A stretch of 63,427 nucleotides of DNA, the filler included, from Eubacteriales bacterium (GTDB lineage Bacteria; Bacillota; Clostridia; Oscillospirales; CAG-382), in NCBI GenBank assembly GCA_045636665.1. It is 5 parts of 5 records of this genome, joined end to end, with 100 filler letters (N's around TTAATTAATTAA, not from the genome) between each part and the next. Parts side by side here need not be neighbours in the genome. Positions count along the whole stretch, not along the records: positions 9,983 to 25,915 come from JAZTXY010000022.1; positions 26,016 to 41,303 come from JAZTXY010000023.1; 3 more parts are not named here. One strand, given 5' to 3'. The notes under the pieces were generated by a model. That model was not told where the DNA came from. It was given only the letters and a program-made list of their open reading frames with translations, and searched no databases. Below, piece after piece: positions 18,418-27,596 of the stretch. The stretch's first letter is position 1; every line of letters begins with the position of its first letter. The position numbers were made by a program, and so were the translations under genes.

Positions 18418-20151
18418 ATGAACGGCGAAATGAATATTGCAGACATGAAGAAAAGCTTTTTTGCAAGGCACAAAAGGACGATAATTATCGCATTTATCTC
18501 GTTGGTTCTTGCTGTCTGTATTATATTTTTAACGGTTGCGTATATAATCCCTGCGGTGAAGTATAACGGCGCGCTTGAGGACATCGAAGACGGTAATTAC
18601 AAGGAAGCGTACGTCACGCTTAAAACGCTCGGAAATTACAAAGACAGCAAAAAGATATTAAAGGATTTCAAGCTTGTTTATCTGCATAAGGAAGTCACCA
18701 CTTACGATGAATATGAGGATTTAAAATCAACGGAAATATACGATTATAACGAGAATGGCGAAGAGCGCTTACGCGTCATATACGACGAAGAAGGAAACGT
18801 AATAACTAAATACGAGAAGAATGAAAACGGCGACATTACGCTTGATTTTTCGAATAACGAATATACAAGTCATAAATACGTGTATGATTACATCGAAAGC
18901 GGCAAGCTTTCTTATATGGAGAAGTACAATAAGAAGCGCAACGTAGAAACGACGGAAAAGCATTATTACGAATATTCCGACGGAAGATTGAGCTCATTGA
19001 TAATAGTCGACGAAGAAGGCCGCGGTACCAAAGAAGTTTACATCTATAACCACGACGGTTTACTGATACTAAGTGTTTTATATGATATTGACATATCCAA
19101 TAGTGACACGGATAAGTACGAAATCGGAAAAACCGAATATTTTTACGATGAAAACGGCGAAAAAACGACCGAGGTACATTACGGTTACGGCGGTGAGATA
19201 ACCGAAAAACACGGTTGGACAAACGGCAATCAAACGCTCAAAATCGTTTATTACGACGGTGAGGAGCATGAGCGTTTTGTTTGGGAATACGACGAAAACG
19301 GCAATAAAACGCTTGAGGAAAAATACGAAAACGGAGAACTCGCCGAGCAAAACAAATGGGAATACGGCGATAACGGTAAGAAAATTCTTGAGAAAACTTT
19401 TAGGATCACCTCTAAGGGGGAGACCGTAAGTAATCGGCAATTCGATTCAAACGGTAAAGAGATCCTTGACGAGGAGTATGAAAACGGAGAATTGGTAAAG
19501 AAAGAAACTCACCGATATAACGAAAAGGGTGATATCGTTTTGCTCGAGCGGTACTATTTGACCGACGGAGTTTTAGAACTGGCATATAAGCAGGAGGATA
19601 CGTATAAATACGACGAAAACGGTTATATGATATTTCATGAAATATCCGACAAAAACGGAAAAATAACCGGAAAAACCGAATGGAAATACAGAGATGACGG
19701 TAAGATGATATATAAGATATCGCATGATGAAAACGGCGATATTTTAGAGAAAAAGGATTATACGTTTGATTCCGACGGAAACTGTATTGCTTATACGGGA
19801 TATTTTGGCGGGGAATCTCCGTACACCGACAGAAACGTTTTGGAATATGACAACGAAGGCAGAAATACGCTTAATGAAACATATAAGAGACGTGGCGACG
19901 GCGAAGAAATTCTAACGGGAAAAGAAACCAAAGAATACGATAAATACGGCAACGTAATTTATGAAAGCAAATACAAAAATTATAAAGAGTACGGCGACAA
20001 ATACGGCGAAATCACCGACGAGTACGAATACGTTCTTGAATACGACGAGGACGGTTTTGTGATACGCAAGATAGTCTACGAAAACGGCGTTTTGCGCTCG
20101 AAAACGACCTATAAGGACCCGATAGTTTTGTACGAACCGGAGGGTGAATAA
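18418..20151 (+). CDS. membrane-anchored YD-repeat (Rhs-repeat-like) surface protein
   Basis: N-terminal TM helix, LGNYKDS motif, many YDENG/YDxxG repeats at ~24-aa spacing. Confidence 0.8.
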   Translation: MNGEMNIADMKKSFFARHKRTIIIAFISLVLAVCIIFLTVAYIIPAVKYNGALEDIEDGNYKEAYVTLKTLGNYKDSKKILKDFKLVYLHKEVTTYDEYEDLKSTEIYDYNENGEERLRVIYDEEGNVITKYEKNENGDITLDFSNNEYTSHKYVYDYIESGKLSYMEKYNKKRNVETTEKHYYEYSDGRLSSLIIVDEEGRGTKEVYIYNHDGLLILSVLYDIDISNSDTDKYEIGKTEYFYDENGEKTTEVHYGYGGEITEKHGWTNGNQTLKIVYYDGEEHERFVWEYDENGNKTLEEKYENGELAEQNKWEYGDNGKKILEKTFRITSKGETVSNRQFDSNGKEILDEEYENGELVKKETHRYNEKGDIVLLERYYLTDGVLELAYKQEDTYKYDENGYMIFHEISDKNGKITGKTEWKYRDDGKMIYKISHDENGDILEKKDYTFDSDGNCIAYTGYFGGESPYTDRNVLEYDNEGRNTLNETYKRRGDGEEILTGKETKEYDKYGNVIYESKYKNYKEYGDKYGEITDEYEYVLEYDEDGFVIRKIVYENGVLRSKTTYKDPIVLYEPEGE

Positions 20152-20157
20152 AAAGAA

Positions 20158-20190
20158 AAAGCAGGGGCGATCAATAAATCACCTCTGCTT
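20158..20190. terminator. intrinsic terminator between convergent genes
   Basis: AAAGCAGGGG...CCTCTGCTTT hairpin. Confidence 0.6.
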
Positions 20191-20264
20191 TGTTTTTTCA
20201 AAAACGGCAGTTTTTGGGTATGAAAAGTTTTTGGCAAGCTTTTTTCAAAAAGCTATAAAAATCG

Positions 20265-21893
20265 TCATACCTCAAGCTTGCGCTTTGCGAATTTGTAGGT
20301 CATATCGTACATTTCGCGGTAATGCGCGTTTTTCGATTTCCAACCGTTTGAAATAACGCTACCCTGCGCAGAGCCGTGGTAATACATTTTTGCGGTGTTC
20401 ATATAACCGGTTTCGGCGCCTGCTTTCAGGTATTCGATAAAGCGGTCGATATGGTGGGGATTATCGATATTTCCGTTTTCGTCTTCGCTGATTTTCCAAA
20501 CCTCAAGCTCGACGCACATACCCATCCGCTTCGCTTCACGCGCGGTATCGTAAAGTCGGCTTTTGGTTATATTGAGGTCGAACATATAATTCGGCTGCAT
20601 ACAAGCGGTATCGAAGCCGTAAGACTGCCAATGCTCGTAACCGAGAGCGCGGAAATAGGGTATCCAGAAGCATTTATAGCCCTTTGAGCGCACGTATTCG
20701 CAGGCATAGCGCGTAAGCTCCTGCTCGTATTTATCGGTAGGATTCAATGCCTCCTCGAACCAATAAAAGCCCTTAAGAACGGTGTTTTCGTAATTGCGCT
20801 CGTTATAGCGTGATATCATCGTGTCTATCATCCATTTTATCGCCTTTTTGCGGCTTTCGGCGTTGTCGAAAACAAGATGCTCGCCGTTTAAATAACCGAA
20901 ATCGTCATAACCCGTAAAGGTGTAAAGAATCGTAAAATAGACACTTGCCTTGTAATCGGGGATATTGAGCGCTTTTTTGACCTTGCCGACAGTTTTGTCG
21001 AGTGCATCGATATTTTTATCGGGCACGAAAACGCTGTCGGCATATTCCTGCCAGCCCTCGGAATGCTGACCGCGCGGTGAAAAATCAAACGATACGTCGG
21101 GCAGATAAAGGAAGCCGTCCATAAACGTGTCGAGTATTTTTCCGTCGGGCGAAAGATATGCCGCCAAGGGGAGGTAATAATCCTCGGTCTGAAAGCCCTT
21201 ATCTTCGGCAATCGGGCGGTAGTTGTAGCAAAGCGTTATGTTGCAAGCGCCCATAACGTCCTCGGGCGGAAATTCGTTGATTTCTGTCGGGGCAGTGAAT
21301 TCGTTAAAAAGCGGTTTACCGTCGGCGGTAGGCGTTTTTGCGTTTGTTACGTCGGTACAGCCGTAAAGCTCAAGCTCGTCAATATAAACATGGTGTACCG
21401 CATCGTAAACAAACTGAACGTATGTTGCCTTTACCGATTCAAATTCGCCCTTGTAAAGGACTGTACGCATATCGCGTGTCGAGCGTGTATCCTGCTCCCA
21501 AACCGTCATAAAGTTGATTCCGTCGGCGGAAACGCGGATTTTGATATAACGGGGTGAGCGAATGCCGACAACGTCCTCGCGGTTGGTGTTCATCGAAAAG
21601 CCGTTAACGGCGCAAAGATAAGGAAGCTTGAAGGTTATCGCTCTTCCACCGCCGCTGTGCGAATGAAACCATTGAGGATTATGCCAATCGCGGTCGGGAG
21701 AATATTCGCCGTCGGTTAATAAATTGCAATCGGTGTTGTAATTCATATTAGGGCGGTCGGCGTGTATGGTCGATTCGTCCTTAATGTCGATTGCGTGGAT
21801 GGGAAGCCCGAGGATGAGGTTTTTTATCTCCTTGCTTGGGCTTTCGCAAAGCGTCGGCGTTATCTTTTCGATCGGCTTATTGTTGTAATACAT
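20265..21893 (-). CDS. DUF4855-like protein with N-terminal discoidin/CBM-like domain
   Basis: LTDG...ELELYG discoidin-like part; FDGFLYLP-like, GFYWFEE, WIPYF, GFDTACMQPNYMF motifs. Confidence 0.75.
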   Translation of the reverse strand: MYYNNKPIEKITPTLCESPSKEIKNLILGLPIHAIDIKDESTIHADRPNMNYNTDCNLLTDGEYSPDRDWHNPQWFHSHSGGGRAITFKLPYLCAVNGFSMNTNREDVVGIRSPRYIKIRVSADGINFMTVWEQDTRSTRDMRTVLYKGEFESVKATYVQFVYDAVHHVYIDELELYGCTDVTNAKTPTADGKPLFNEFTAPTEINEFPPEDVMGACNITLCYNYRPIAEDKGFQTEDYYLPLAAYLSPDGKILDTFMDGFLYLPDVSFDFSPRGQHSEGWQEYADSVFVPDKNIDALDKTVGKVKKALNIPDYKASVYFTILYTFTGYDDFGYLNGEHLVFDNAESRKKAIKWMIDTMISRYNERNYENTVLKGFYWFEEALNPTDKYEQELTRYACEYVRSKGYKCFWIPYFRALGYEHWQSYGFDTACMQPNYMFDLNITKSRLYDTAREAKRMGMCVELEVWKISEDENGNIDNPHHIDRFIEYLKAGAETGYMNTAKMYYHGSAQGSVISNGWKSKNAHYREMYDMTYKFAKRKLEV

Positions 21894-21895
21894 CG

Positions 21896-22105
21896 TTAAA
21901 CCTCTTTTGGCTGAAAAAGCATACATCCGCTTTCGCGCCAATATTCTATCTTTTCGCGGATACGCTCAACGCTTACGCCGTATTTTTCGGCAAGGCAGGA
22001 AACGCAAAGGAAACCGTTGTCCATACCGCGGTTGATAAGCTTTTTACTCGCGCCGATATCGTCGGCGGTCAGAATGCTTCCGCAAATTACGCAATTATTT
22101 TGCAT
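21896..22105 (-). CDS. small Cys-rich putative Zn-binding protein
   Basis: CxxC...KKLINRG...CxxCLA...GCMLF; overlaps the upstream gene stop. Confidence 0.75.
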   Translation of the reverse strand: MQNNCVICGSILTADDIGASKKLINRGMDNGFLCVSCLAEKYGVSVERIREKIEYWRESGCMLFQPKEV

Positions 22106-23231
22106 CTACGACCTTCATGCGGTACATACGGCATTCGTGCGCGGGGATAGCGTCGGTACGGAAAACGTCGGTATAAACGCCGAGCTCTTCCTTCTTCCAA
22201 ATATCGCGAACGCTTAATGCCTTGCCCGTAACGCGGTTGATGCCGAGCGAATCGAGCGAAATGAACGGGTCTGCCGCGTGGTCGCTGAGGTTGAACACGC
22301 CAACTGCGATATCGCCGCCTTCAAGAAATTTAGCCCAGACCTTGATTTCCTTCATACCCCAGTGGTTGCCGCAGGCAAAGGTTTGTCTGTAGGCGCCGTC
22401 TTGGTTGATTGCGATAATTTCCTTGTCCAAAAGTATGCTCTTGGTAACGTCGTCCATATTGCGAACGTCACAGCCTGCCATAAGCGGCGAGCCGAGGAAT
22501 GCCCAAGCAGAGAAGTGGGTGCGGTATTCCTCGTCGGTACAGCCCGAAACGGCAACGTTGCCCTTGCCGTGCATACCTACGATGAGCATATCCATATCGT
22601 TAAAGCAGCCCTGACCGTTTGTGGTGGTGTATTCGTCCTGCTTATAGATAAGGTCTTTAACCGATTCCCAGCTGTCGTTAATATCGCCTGTGGAGCGCCA
22701 AAGGTGTGCGCCCGTTTCTTTTATCCATTCGTTTGTTTTGTCTGCGCCCCAAGAGCAAGCCGAGAAGCAGATATCTCTGCCGCAGTTTGCAAGAGCAAGA
22801 CCCATTCTTTTGTAAAGAAGATGTCCTTGCTGATTCATGGGACGGAAGCAATAGTCGTATTTAAGATAGTCGACGCCCCAAGATGCGAAGGTTTCGGCAT
22901 CGATAAATTCATATTCGAACGAACCGGGGAAGCCGGCGCAGGTAAGGTTGCCCACGCAGGAATACATACCGAATTTAAGTCCTTTTGAATGAACGTAATC
23001 GGCAACGGCTTTCATTCCGCTGGGGAATTTATTGGGGTCTGCAACAAGACGTCCGTTTTCATCGCGCTTCTTTAACGACCAGCAGTCGTCGATAACGAGA
23101 TATTCATAGCCTGCATCGAGCATACCCGATTCGACCATAGCGTCGGCAGTTTCTTTTATAAGATTTTCATCAATGTTCCATCCAAAAGTGTTCCAAGAGT
23201 TCCAGCCCATCGGCGGTTTGCGTACAATCAT
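22095..23231 (-). CDS. glycoside hydrolase family 27 (alpha-galactosidase-like)
   Basis: PPMGWNSWN, IDDCW, HSKGLKFGMY, WGVDYLKYDYC, WRSTGDI, NDMDML.VG. Confidence 0.95.
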   Translation of the reverse strand: MIVRKPPMGWNSWNTFGWNIDENLIKETADAMVESGMLDAGYEYLVIDDCWSLKKRDENGRLVADPNKFPSGMKAVADYVHSKGLKFGMYSCVGNLTCAGFPGSFEYEFIDAETFASWGVDYLKYDYCFRPMNQQGHLLYKRMGLALANCGRDICFSACSWGADKTNEWIKETGAHLWRSTGDINDSWESVKDLIYKQDEYTTTNGQGCFNDMDMLIVGMHGKGNVAVSGCTDEEYRTHFSAWAFLGSPLMAGCDVRNMDDVTKSILLDKEIIAINQDGAYRQTFACGNHWGMKEIKVWAKFLEGGDIAVGVFNLSDHAADPFISLDSLGINRVTGKALSVRDIWKKEELGVYTDVFRTDAIPAHECRMYRMKVVDAK

Positions 23232-23376
23232 TTTTATTCACCTTTCACATTTGAAAATTTGGGTATTAATATTTTAACATATTAAATCGCGCCTTGCAAG
23301 GGCTTCGCGAAAAAAACTGTTGCATAAAACGGCATTAATTGGTATAATGTAGTAAAAATATTTGGAGGTTTAAAAT

Positions 23377-24528
23377 ATGAAGAGAATAATGCTTTTTATC
23401 CTCGCTTCGATGCTTTGTGCGAGCGCGTTTTGTGCTTGCTCGGAAAGCGAAGAAACAAGCTCTGTTGCCGAAAGCGTTGAATCGGTTGCGCTTGAAAGCT
23501 CGACAGTGTCGGAGGAATCTATTCCCAAGGGCCCTGCTTATTGGGGAAATACCGAATATGATATTGCAGAACAACCCAATTCTCCCGAGGAGGTAGAAAA
23601 ACACGAAATGAAGGTCACCAAAACAAGCGATTCGCTTATTACTATTAACTTTACGACCGATGCAGGCGAGCATACCGTTACTATCGCCGAAACACCTTGG
23701 GGTACGTTTAACCTCGGCGCGTGGCGCTTGAAGGCGACCGATAACAAAACGCACACTTTTGTTGCGGGCAGTACAGACCTTGAATACGTTTACCGCGTGA
23801 GCGATAAGCCCGCAGGCGGCAATATTTGGTCGGGCGGTAACCACGGCAACGAAACACTTGTTTCGATTGAAATGTACAACGGCGAAACCGAAGAAGCGAT
23901 TATTCTTGAAAAAGGCGAAAGCGTTACCGTTAACAAGCTTCACATTATCGAAAAGACAAAGCTTTTGTGGTGCGCCGATACCGACGGCGACGGTTACGGC
24001 TTCCGTTATAAGAACAAGGACACGTTTGAGGAAAAGGATATTTATGCCGAGGTTACAAGAAAATATACCTTCACAGGCCCTCAAATAAAGCTTAACGTCG
24101 ATTATAACTACATCAAGGACACCTATCACTATCTTTCCTATACCTGTATGTTCCCGATCGATAAAAAATACGGTCTTTACTGCGATATGATCGGCAAGGA
24201 CGGCAAGCTTTTAAAGACCATCGAAACACTTAAGGTCGGCAAGGCGGACTATTCCGGCCCGATGAACAGCGGTAACGCGGCGACAAGAGCGCGTATTTAC
24301 GGCTATACCGACAAGCGTTATCAGTTCGACGTGCGCGTTAACACCTTTGCCGATTCGCTTGAAAACCAAACCAACAAATTCAAAACCGCATTCTGGGATA
24401 TGAACACAAGCAGTAACAAGCTTTATTTCTCGAAGTTTGACGAAAGCAAATCGAGCAAGATACCTGCAGGTACCGAATACCATACAGAATGCGTATGGCA
24501 GTTTGTTTTTGAAAAGGACGCAAAGTGA
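23377..24528 (+). CDS. lipoprotein of unknown function
   Basis: Lipobox FCAC, Ser/Glu-rich linker, GGNHGNE motif. Confidence 0.7.
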   Translation: MKRIMLFILASMLCASAFCACSESEETSSVAESVESVALESSTVSEESIPKGPAYWGNTEYDIAEQPNSPEEVEKHEMKVTKTSDSLITINFTTDAGEHTVTIAETPWGTFNLGAWRLKATDNKTHTFVAGSTDLEYVYRVSDKPAGGNIWSGGNHGNETLVSIEMYNGETEEAIILEKGESVTVNKLHIIEKTKLLWCADTDGDGYGFRYKNKDTFEEKDIYAEVTRKYTFTGPQIKLNVDYNYIKDTYHYLSYTCMFPIDKKYGLYCDMIGKDGKLLKTIETLKVGKADYSGPMNSGNAATRARIYGYTDKRYQFDVRVNTFADSLENQTNKFKTAFWDMNTSSNKLYFSKFDESKSSKIPAGTEYHTECVWQFVFEKDAK

Positions 24529-24531
24529 TTT

Positions 24532-24825
24532 ATGAACGATAAATCGGTTTTCAAGATTGCGTCGGTTGCAATTGCCGCAATCGGCTTTGTGGTTGCAATC
24601 GTTTCCTTTTTCCTTTTGCCCGAAAAAATATTCGTTGAGGTTTTGGGCAATTCGCCCGTTCCCGAAACGAGCACCGTGAGCTTTTTGATTATCGGCTTTT
24701 TGTTGATAGCCGCTTCGGGCGCGATGAGCATTTACATTGAAAACGGCAAAAAGTGGATAGCTTTGCAAAGCGTGCTTTGCATTGCGTTTATAGGGTGTTT
24801 GGCTTATAATTTTATTGTGTTGTAA
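24532..24825 (+). CDS. small three-TM membrane protein
   Basis: Three hydrophobic segments; follows the previous gene by 3 bp. Confidence 0.7.
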   Translation: MNDKSVFKIASVAIAAIGFVVAIVSFFLLPEKIFVEVLGNSPVPETSTVSFLIIGFLLIAASGAMSIYIENGKKWIALQSVLCIAFIGCLAYNFIVL

Positions 24826-24863
24826 TTATTTGCAAAAAAACAAAAATATTTTTCAAAAACCTA

Positions 24864-24892
24864 TTGACATTTGATTTTTGTTGTGATATTAT
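24864..24892 (+). promoter_or_regulatory. tRNA promoter
   Basis: TTGACA 24864-24869, 17 bp, TATTAT 24887-24892. Confidence 0.7.
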
Positions 24893-24920
24893 TAGTGACG
24901 TTGCGAGTGAGCAACGCCTT

Positions 24921-24996
24921 GGGGGTTTAGCTCAGCTGGGAGAGCATCTGCCTTACAAGCAGGAGGTCACAGGTTCGAGCCCTGTAGTCCCCACCA
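24921..24996 (+). tRNA. tRNA-Val (TAC)
   Basis: GGGGGTTTAGCTCAGCTGGGAGAGC, anticodon loop CTTACAA, GGTTCGAGCC, 3' CCA; 76 nt. Confidence 0.97.
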
Positions 24997-24998
24997 TG

Positions 24999-25028
24999 AA
25001 AAAAGCACTTCGTAAGAAGTGCTTTTTT
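24999..25028 (+). terminator. intrinsic terminator after tRNA-Val
   Basis: AAAAAAGCACTTC-GTAA-GAAGTGCTTTTTT. Confidence 0.85.
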
Positions 25029-25030
25029 CA

Positions 25031-25169
25031 ATGAAGCGCGCTACCGCGCATAAATAATGAAGCAGGGCTTCGCCCTATGAAGTGCGCTATAAACAGCGCA
25101 TGAGTAAAAAAGCGCTTTGCTTCATATTTGCAAAGCAAATGCTTCATGCGAGCAACGCGAGCGCTTCAT
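25031..25169. repeat. nested inverted-repeat element (3x ATGAAGY then 3x GCTTCAT)
   Basis: ATGAAGY at 25031, 25057, 25077; GCTTCAT at 25119, 25141, 25163; small hairpins between units. Confidence 0.75.
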
Positions 25170-25221
25170 AAAAAACGAGCCAGAATACAAACAGTATTTT
25201 ATCGATTTTCGGGTGCATATT

Positions 25222-25386
25222 ATGAAAAAATATCTTTCCTGTATCATAAGCGGTATCGGCGGCGGAATGGTTGGATTGTTCGCCAATAAATTAAATACAC
25301 CCATCGGCGCTGTATGTTTCACAATAGGTGTTATTTTGCTCGTCGCAGGCGTTACAATTTCTTCCGGAAATAAACACTGCGATTGA
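25222..25386 (+). CDS. 54-aa two-TM Gly-rich peptide
   Basis: MKKYLSCIISGIGGGMVG...; weak RBS. Confidence 0.5.
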   Translation: MKKYLSCIISGIGGGMVGLFANKLNTPIGAVCFTIGVILLVAGVTISSGNKHCD

Positions 25387-25441
25387 TAAACACAAAAAGT
25401 CAAGTCGGTGGGCTTGTGTTATCTTTTTATTCAATTAACCA

Positions 25442-25915
25442 TCACGGGGTAAGGTTGCCCCAATACTCGTTATAATCTATCTCGGTTTCGACCTGGAGCG
25501 TGCCGGGAGTGAAATGCTTGGGTGCGTTGAGATAAATATCATCGGGGATTTTATTCGAATACTCGGTCATTCGCATAACCATAATCAATTTTCCGCCGTC
25601 GATGATCTCGATCGCTTTTAATTTATTACCATCGAAGTAATATCTGTTTTCACCCGAGAACGAGCCGTCGGAATAAGAAGAAGTCGAGAAGACCTCACAG
25701 TAATACTTCTTACCCTCGAATTCCTCGTTTGAGACCTTTTTTGCGTTCTGGAACATCGATGCAGTATAGTCAGCGAAAAGGAACGACTGGCCTTTTCCGT
25801 TTATGATCGTATCGTATTCTTTCGACTTAAGATCAAGTGCGTGAACGGCGTTGCCGTCAACGATGTTGTAGGTATCGTTTGCGGTTCCGTCACGGTCCTC
25901 GATCGTGGTGACCGT
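25442..25915 (-). CDS. hypothetical protein, C-terminal part (5' end lost at contig edge)
   Basis: The frame of ORF 25442-25756 appears to stay open toward the gap. Confidence 0.6.
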   Translation of the reverse strand, partial: TVTTIEDRDGTANDTYNIVDGNAVHALDLKSKEYDTIINGKGQSFLFADYTASMFQNAKKVSNEEFEGKKYYCEVFSTSSYSDGSFSGENRYYFDGNKLKAIEIIDGGKLIMVMRMTEYSNKIPDDIYLNAPKHFTPGTLQVETEIDYNEYWGNLTP

Positions 25916-26015
25916 NNNNNNNNNNNNNNNNNNNNNNNNNNNNNNNNNNNNNNNNNNNNTTAATTAATTAANNNNNNNNNNNNNNNNNNNNNNNNNNNNN
26001 NNNNNNNNNNNNNNN
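25916..26015. other. artificial contig linker
   Basis: N44-TTAATTAATTAA-N44. Confidence 0.99.
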
Positions 26016-26194
26016 TGATAATACGGCGTTTTGCCGTCGATGAAAATATAGTCGTTAGTCATTGTGCACCTTCCTATTATTTTATTATATAGTATGTCAA
26101 CCGAAAATGCAAGGCGGATAACCGCTTTTGACCTGTTGATTTTTGCCGAAATACATGTTAAAATATTAACAATATGTAAAACGGAGGCGCAGTT

Positions 26195-26761
26195 ATGGCA
26201 ATAGATCCCAAAAAAGGCGGGAAATGTTGGTCGTGCAAGTTTTGTGAGGACGTCGGCTTCGAAAGCGAATACGATGCCGTCTATGTAAGAAAATGCACCA
26301 AATCGGGTCGCGACTATATCGACAAATGCACCAATTATTGCTCGTCCTACGTGTGGGATGGCAAGGATCCCGAATTTAACTATACCCCGTCAAGCTCAAG
26401 CTCGTCCTCTTCCTCGGGCGGCGGAAGCATTGTTGGCAAGGTCGTCGGCGGCATTGTTGTTCTGGCGATACTCGGATATGCGGGCTACAAGACCTATCTT
26501 GCACTTAATCCGCCGAGCGCAGAAGGAAATGAACAGACCGAAAGTGTTGAAAGCATTGATACCGACAAAAAGACGGCTATCTGCAATGCAAAGAGCGCGC
26601 TTAATATGCGTTCAGGACCCGGCGAAAATCACGAAAAGGTCGGTTCGATCCCAAGAGGCGAAACCGTAATTATCGAAAAGGAAGAAAACGGTTGGGCGTA
26701 CGTTGATTACAACGGCACCAAGGGCTGGTGCGCCATGAACTATCTTGAGGTTAACGAATAA
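26195..26761 (+). CDS. membrane protein: N-terminal Cys-rich domain, TM helix, C-terminal SH3b domain
   Basis: CWSCKFC...C...C...C; poly-Ser linker; LNMRSGPG...GW..V.Y.G.KGW SH3b signature. Confidence 0.85.
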   Translation: MAIDPKKGGKCWSCKFCEDVGFESEYDAVYVRKCTKSGRDYIDKCTNYCSSYVWDGKDPEFNYTPSSSSSSSSSGGGSIVGKVVGGIVVLAILGYAGYKTYLALNPPSAEGNEQTESVESIDTDKKTAICNAKSALNMRSGPGENHEKVGSIPRGETVIIEKEENGWAYVDYNGTKGWCAMNYLEVNE

Positions 26762-26769
26762 AGTGCGAC

Positions 26770-26800
26770 AAAAAGCTCCTCTTGCAAGAGGAGCTTTTTT
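26770..26800. terminator. bidirectional intrinsic terminator
   Basis: AAAAAGCTCCTCTT-GC-AAGAGGAGCTTTTTT. Confidence 0.85.
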
Positions 26801-26801
26801 A

Positions 26802-27467
26802 TTACTTTTCGTCATTGTTCGCGCTGACACGCGGAAGGTTCCAACGGTAATGCGAGGCAAGCAAGCGCACCGAAATGATAAGAGCGACGCCGATAAATAC
26901 CGAAGCGGTCTTATTAAGCTCGCACCAGATGGCAAGCGCATAATAGACAAACGCGCCTCCGATCGCCGCGACCGCATAAATATGCTTAACAAGCACGTAT
27001 GGCCTTTGTCCCGCAAGCAGGTCACGCAGTATACCTCCGCCAACGCCTGTCGTCATTCCGAGAAACACACAGAAAAACGCGTTGTTGCTATGTCCGTAGG
27101 TAATTCCCGCCTGAGTGCCGATAACTACAAACACACCGAGTCCCACCGCATCGAAAAGGTTAAGTATGCGCTCGATACGGGCACGCTTTTGAATATAGGC
27201 GTTTTTAAAAAGCGCAACCGCAACAAATACGGCGACAGCACTTAAAAGTGCGATAGCCACGTAATGGAAATCGTAAAACATCGCAGGCGGAAGTCTGCCG
27301 ATAAGTATATCTCTTACCGTGCCGCCGCCCAAGGCGGTTATTACGCCCAAAAACATAACGCCGAAAAGGTCTAATCCCCTATCGATCGCAACCATTGCGC
27401 CGGAAAACGCAAACGCGACCGTTCCGATTATTTCGGCGGCAAACAATGCCATTTCAGAAACAGACAT
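26802..27467 (-). CDS. trimeric intracellular cation channel family (UPF0126) membrane protein
   Basis: GTVAFAFSG, TALGGGTVRD, DAVGLGVF, TGVGGGILRD. Confidence 0.92.
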   Translation of the reverse strand: MSVSEMALFAAEIIGTVAFAFSGAMVAIDRGLDLFGVMFLGVITALGGGTVRDILIGRLPPAMFYDFHYVAIALLSAVAVFVAVALFKNAYIQKRARIERILNLFDAVGLGVFVVIGTQAGITYGHSNNAFFCVFLGMTTGVGGGILRDLLAGQRPYVLVKHIYAVAAIGGAFVYYALAIWCELNKTASVFIGVALIISVRLLASHYRWNLPRVSANNDEK

Positions 27468-27596
27468 AAATTACCTCTGACAAGTTAATTTTGCAATTTA
27501 TTTCGCGCAATTCTATCACAAACCACGCGTTTGTGTCAATACAAAAAGCTGCCCAAGGCGATAACACCTTGGGCAAATTTTTATTCGCTTTTTTAA

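Noticed and set aside
18418..20151. Rhs polymorphic toxin
   Set aside because: No Rhs core terminal motif, toxin domain or immunity gene
24921..25915. Integrative element at tRNA-Val
   Set aside because: No integrase or duplicated tRNA 3' end visible before the contig ends
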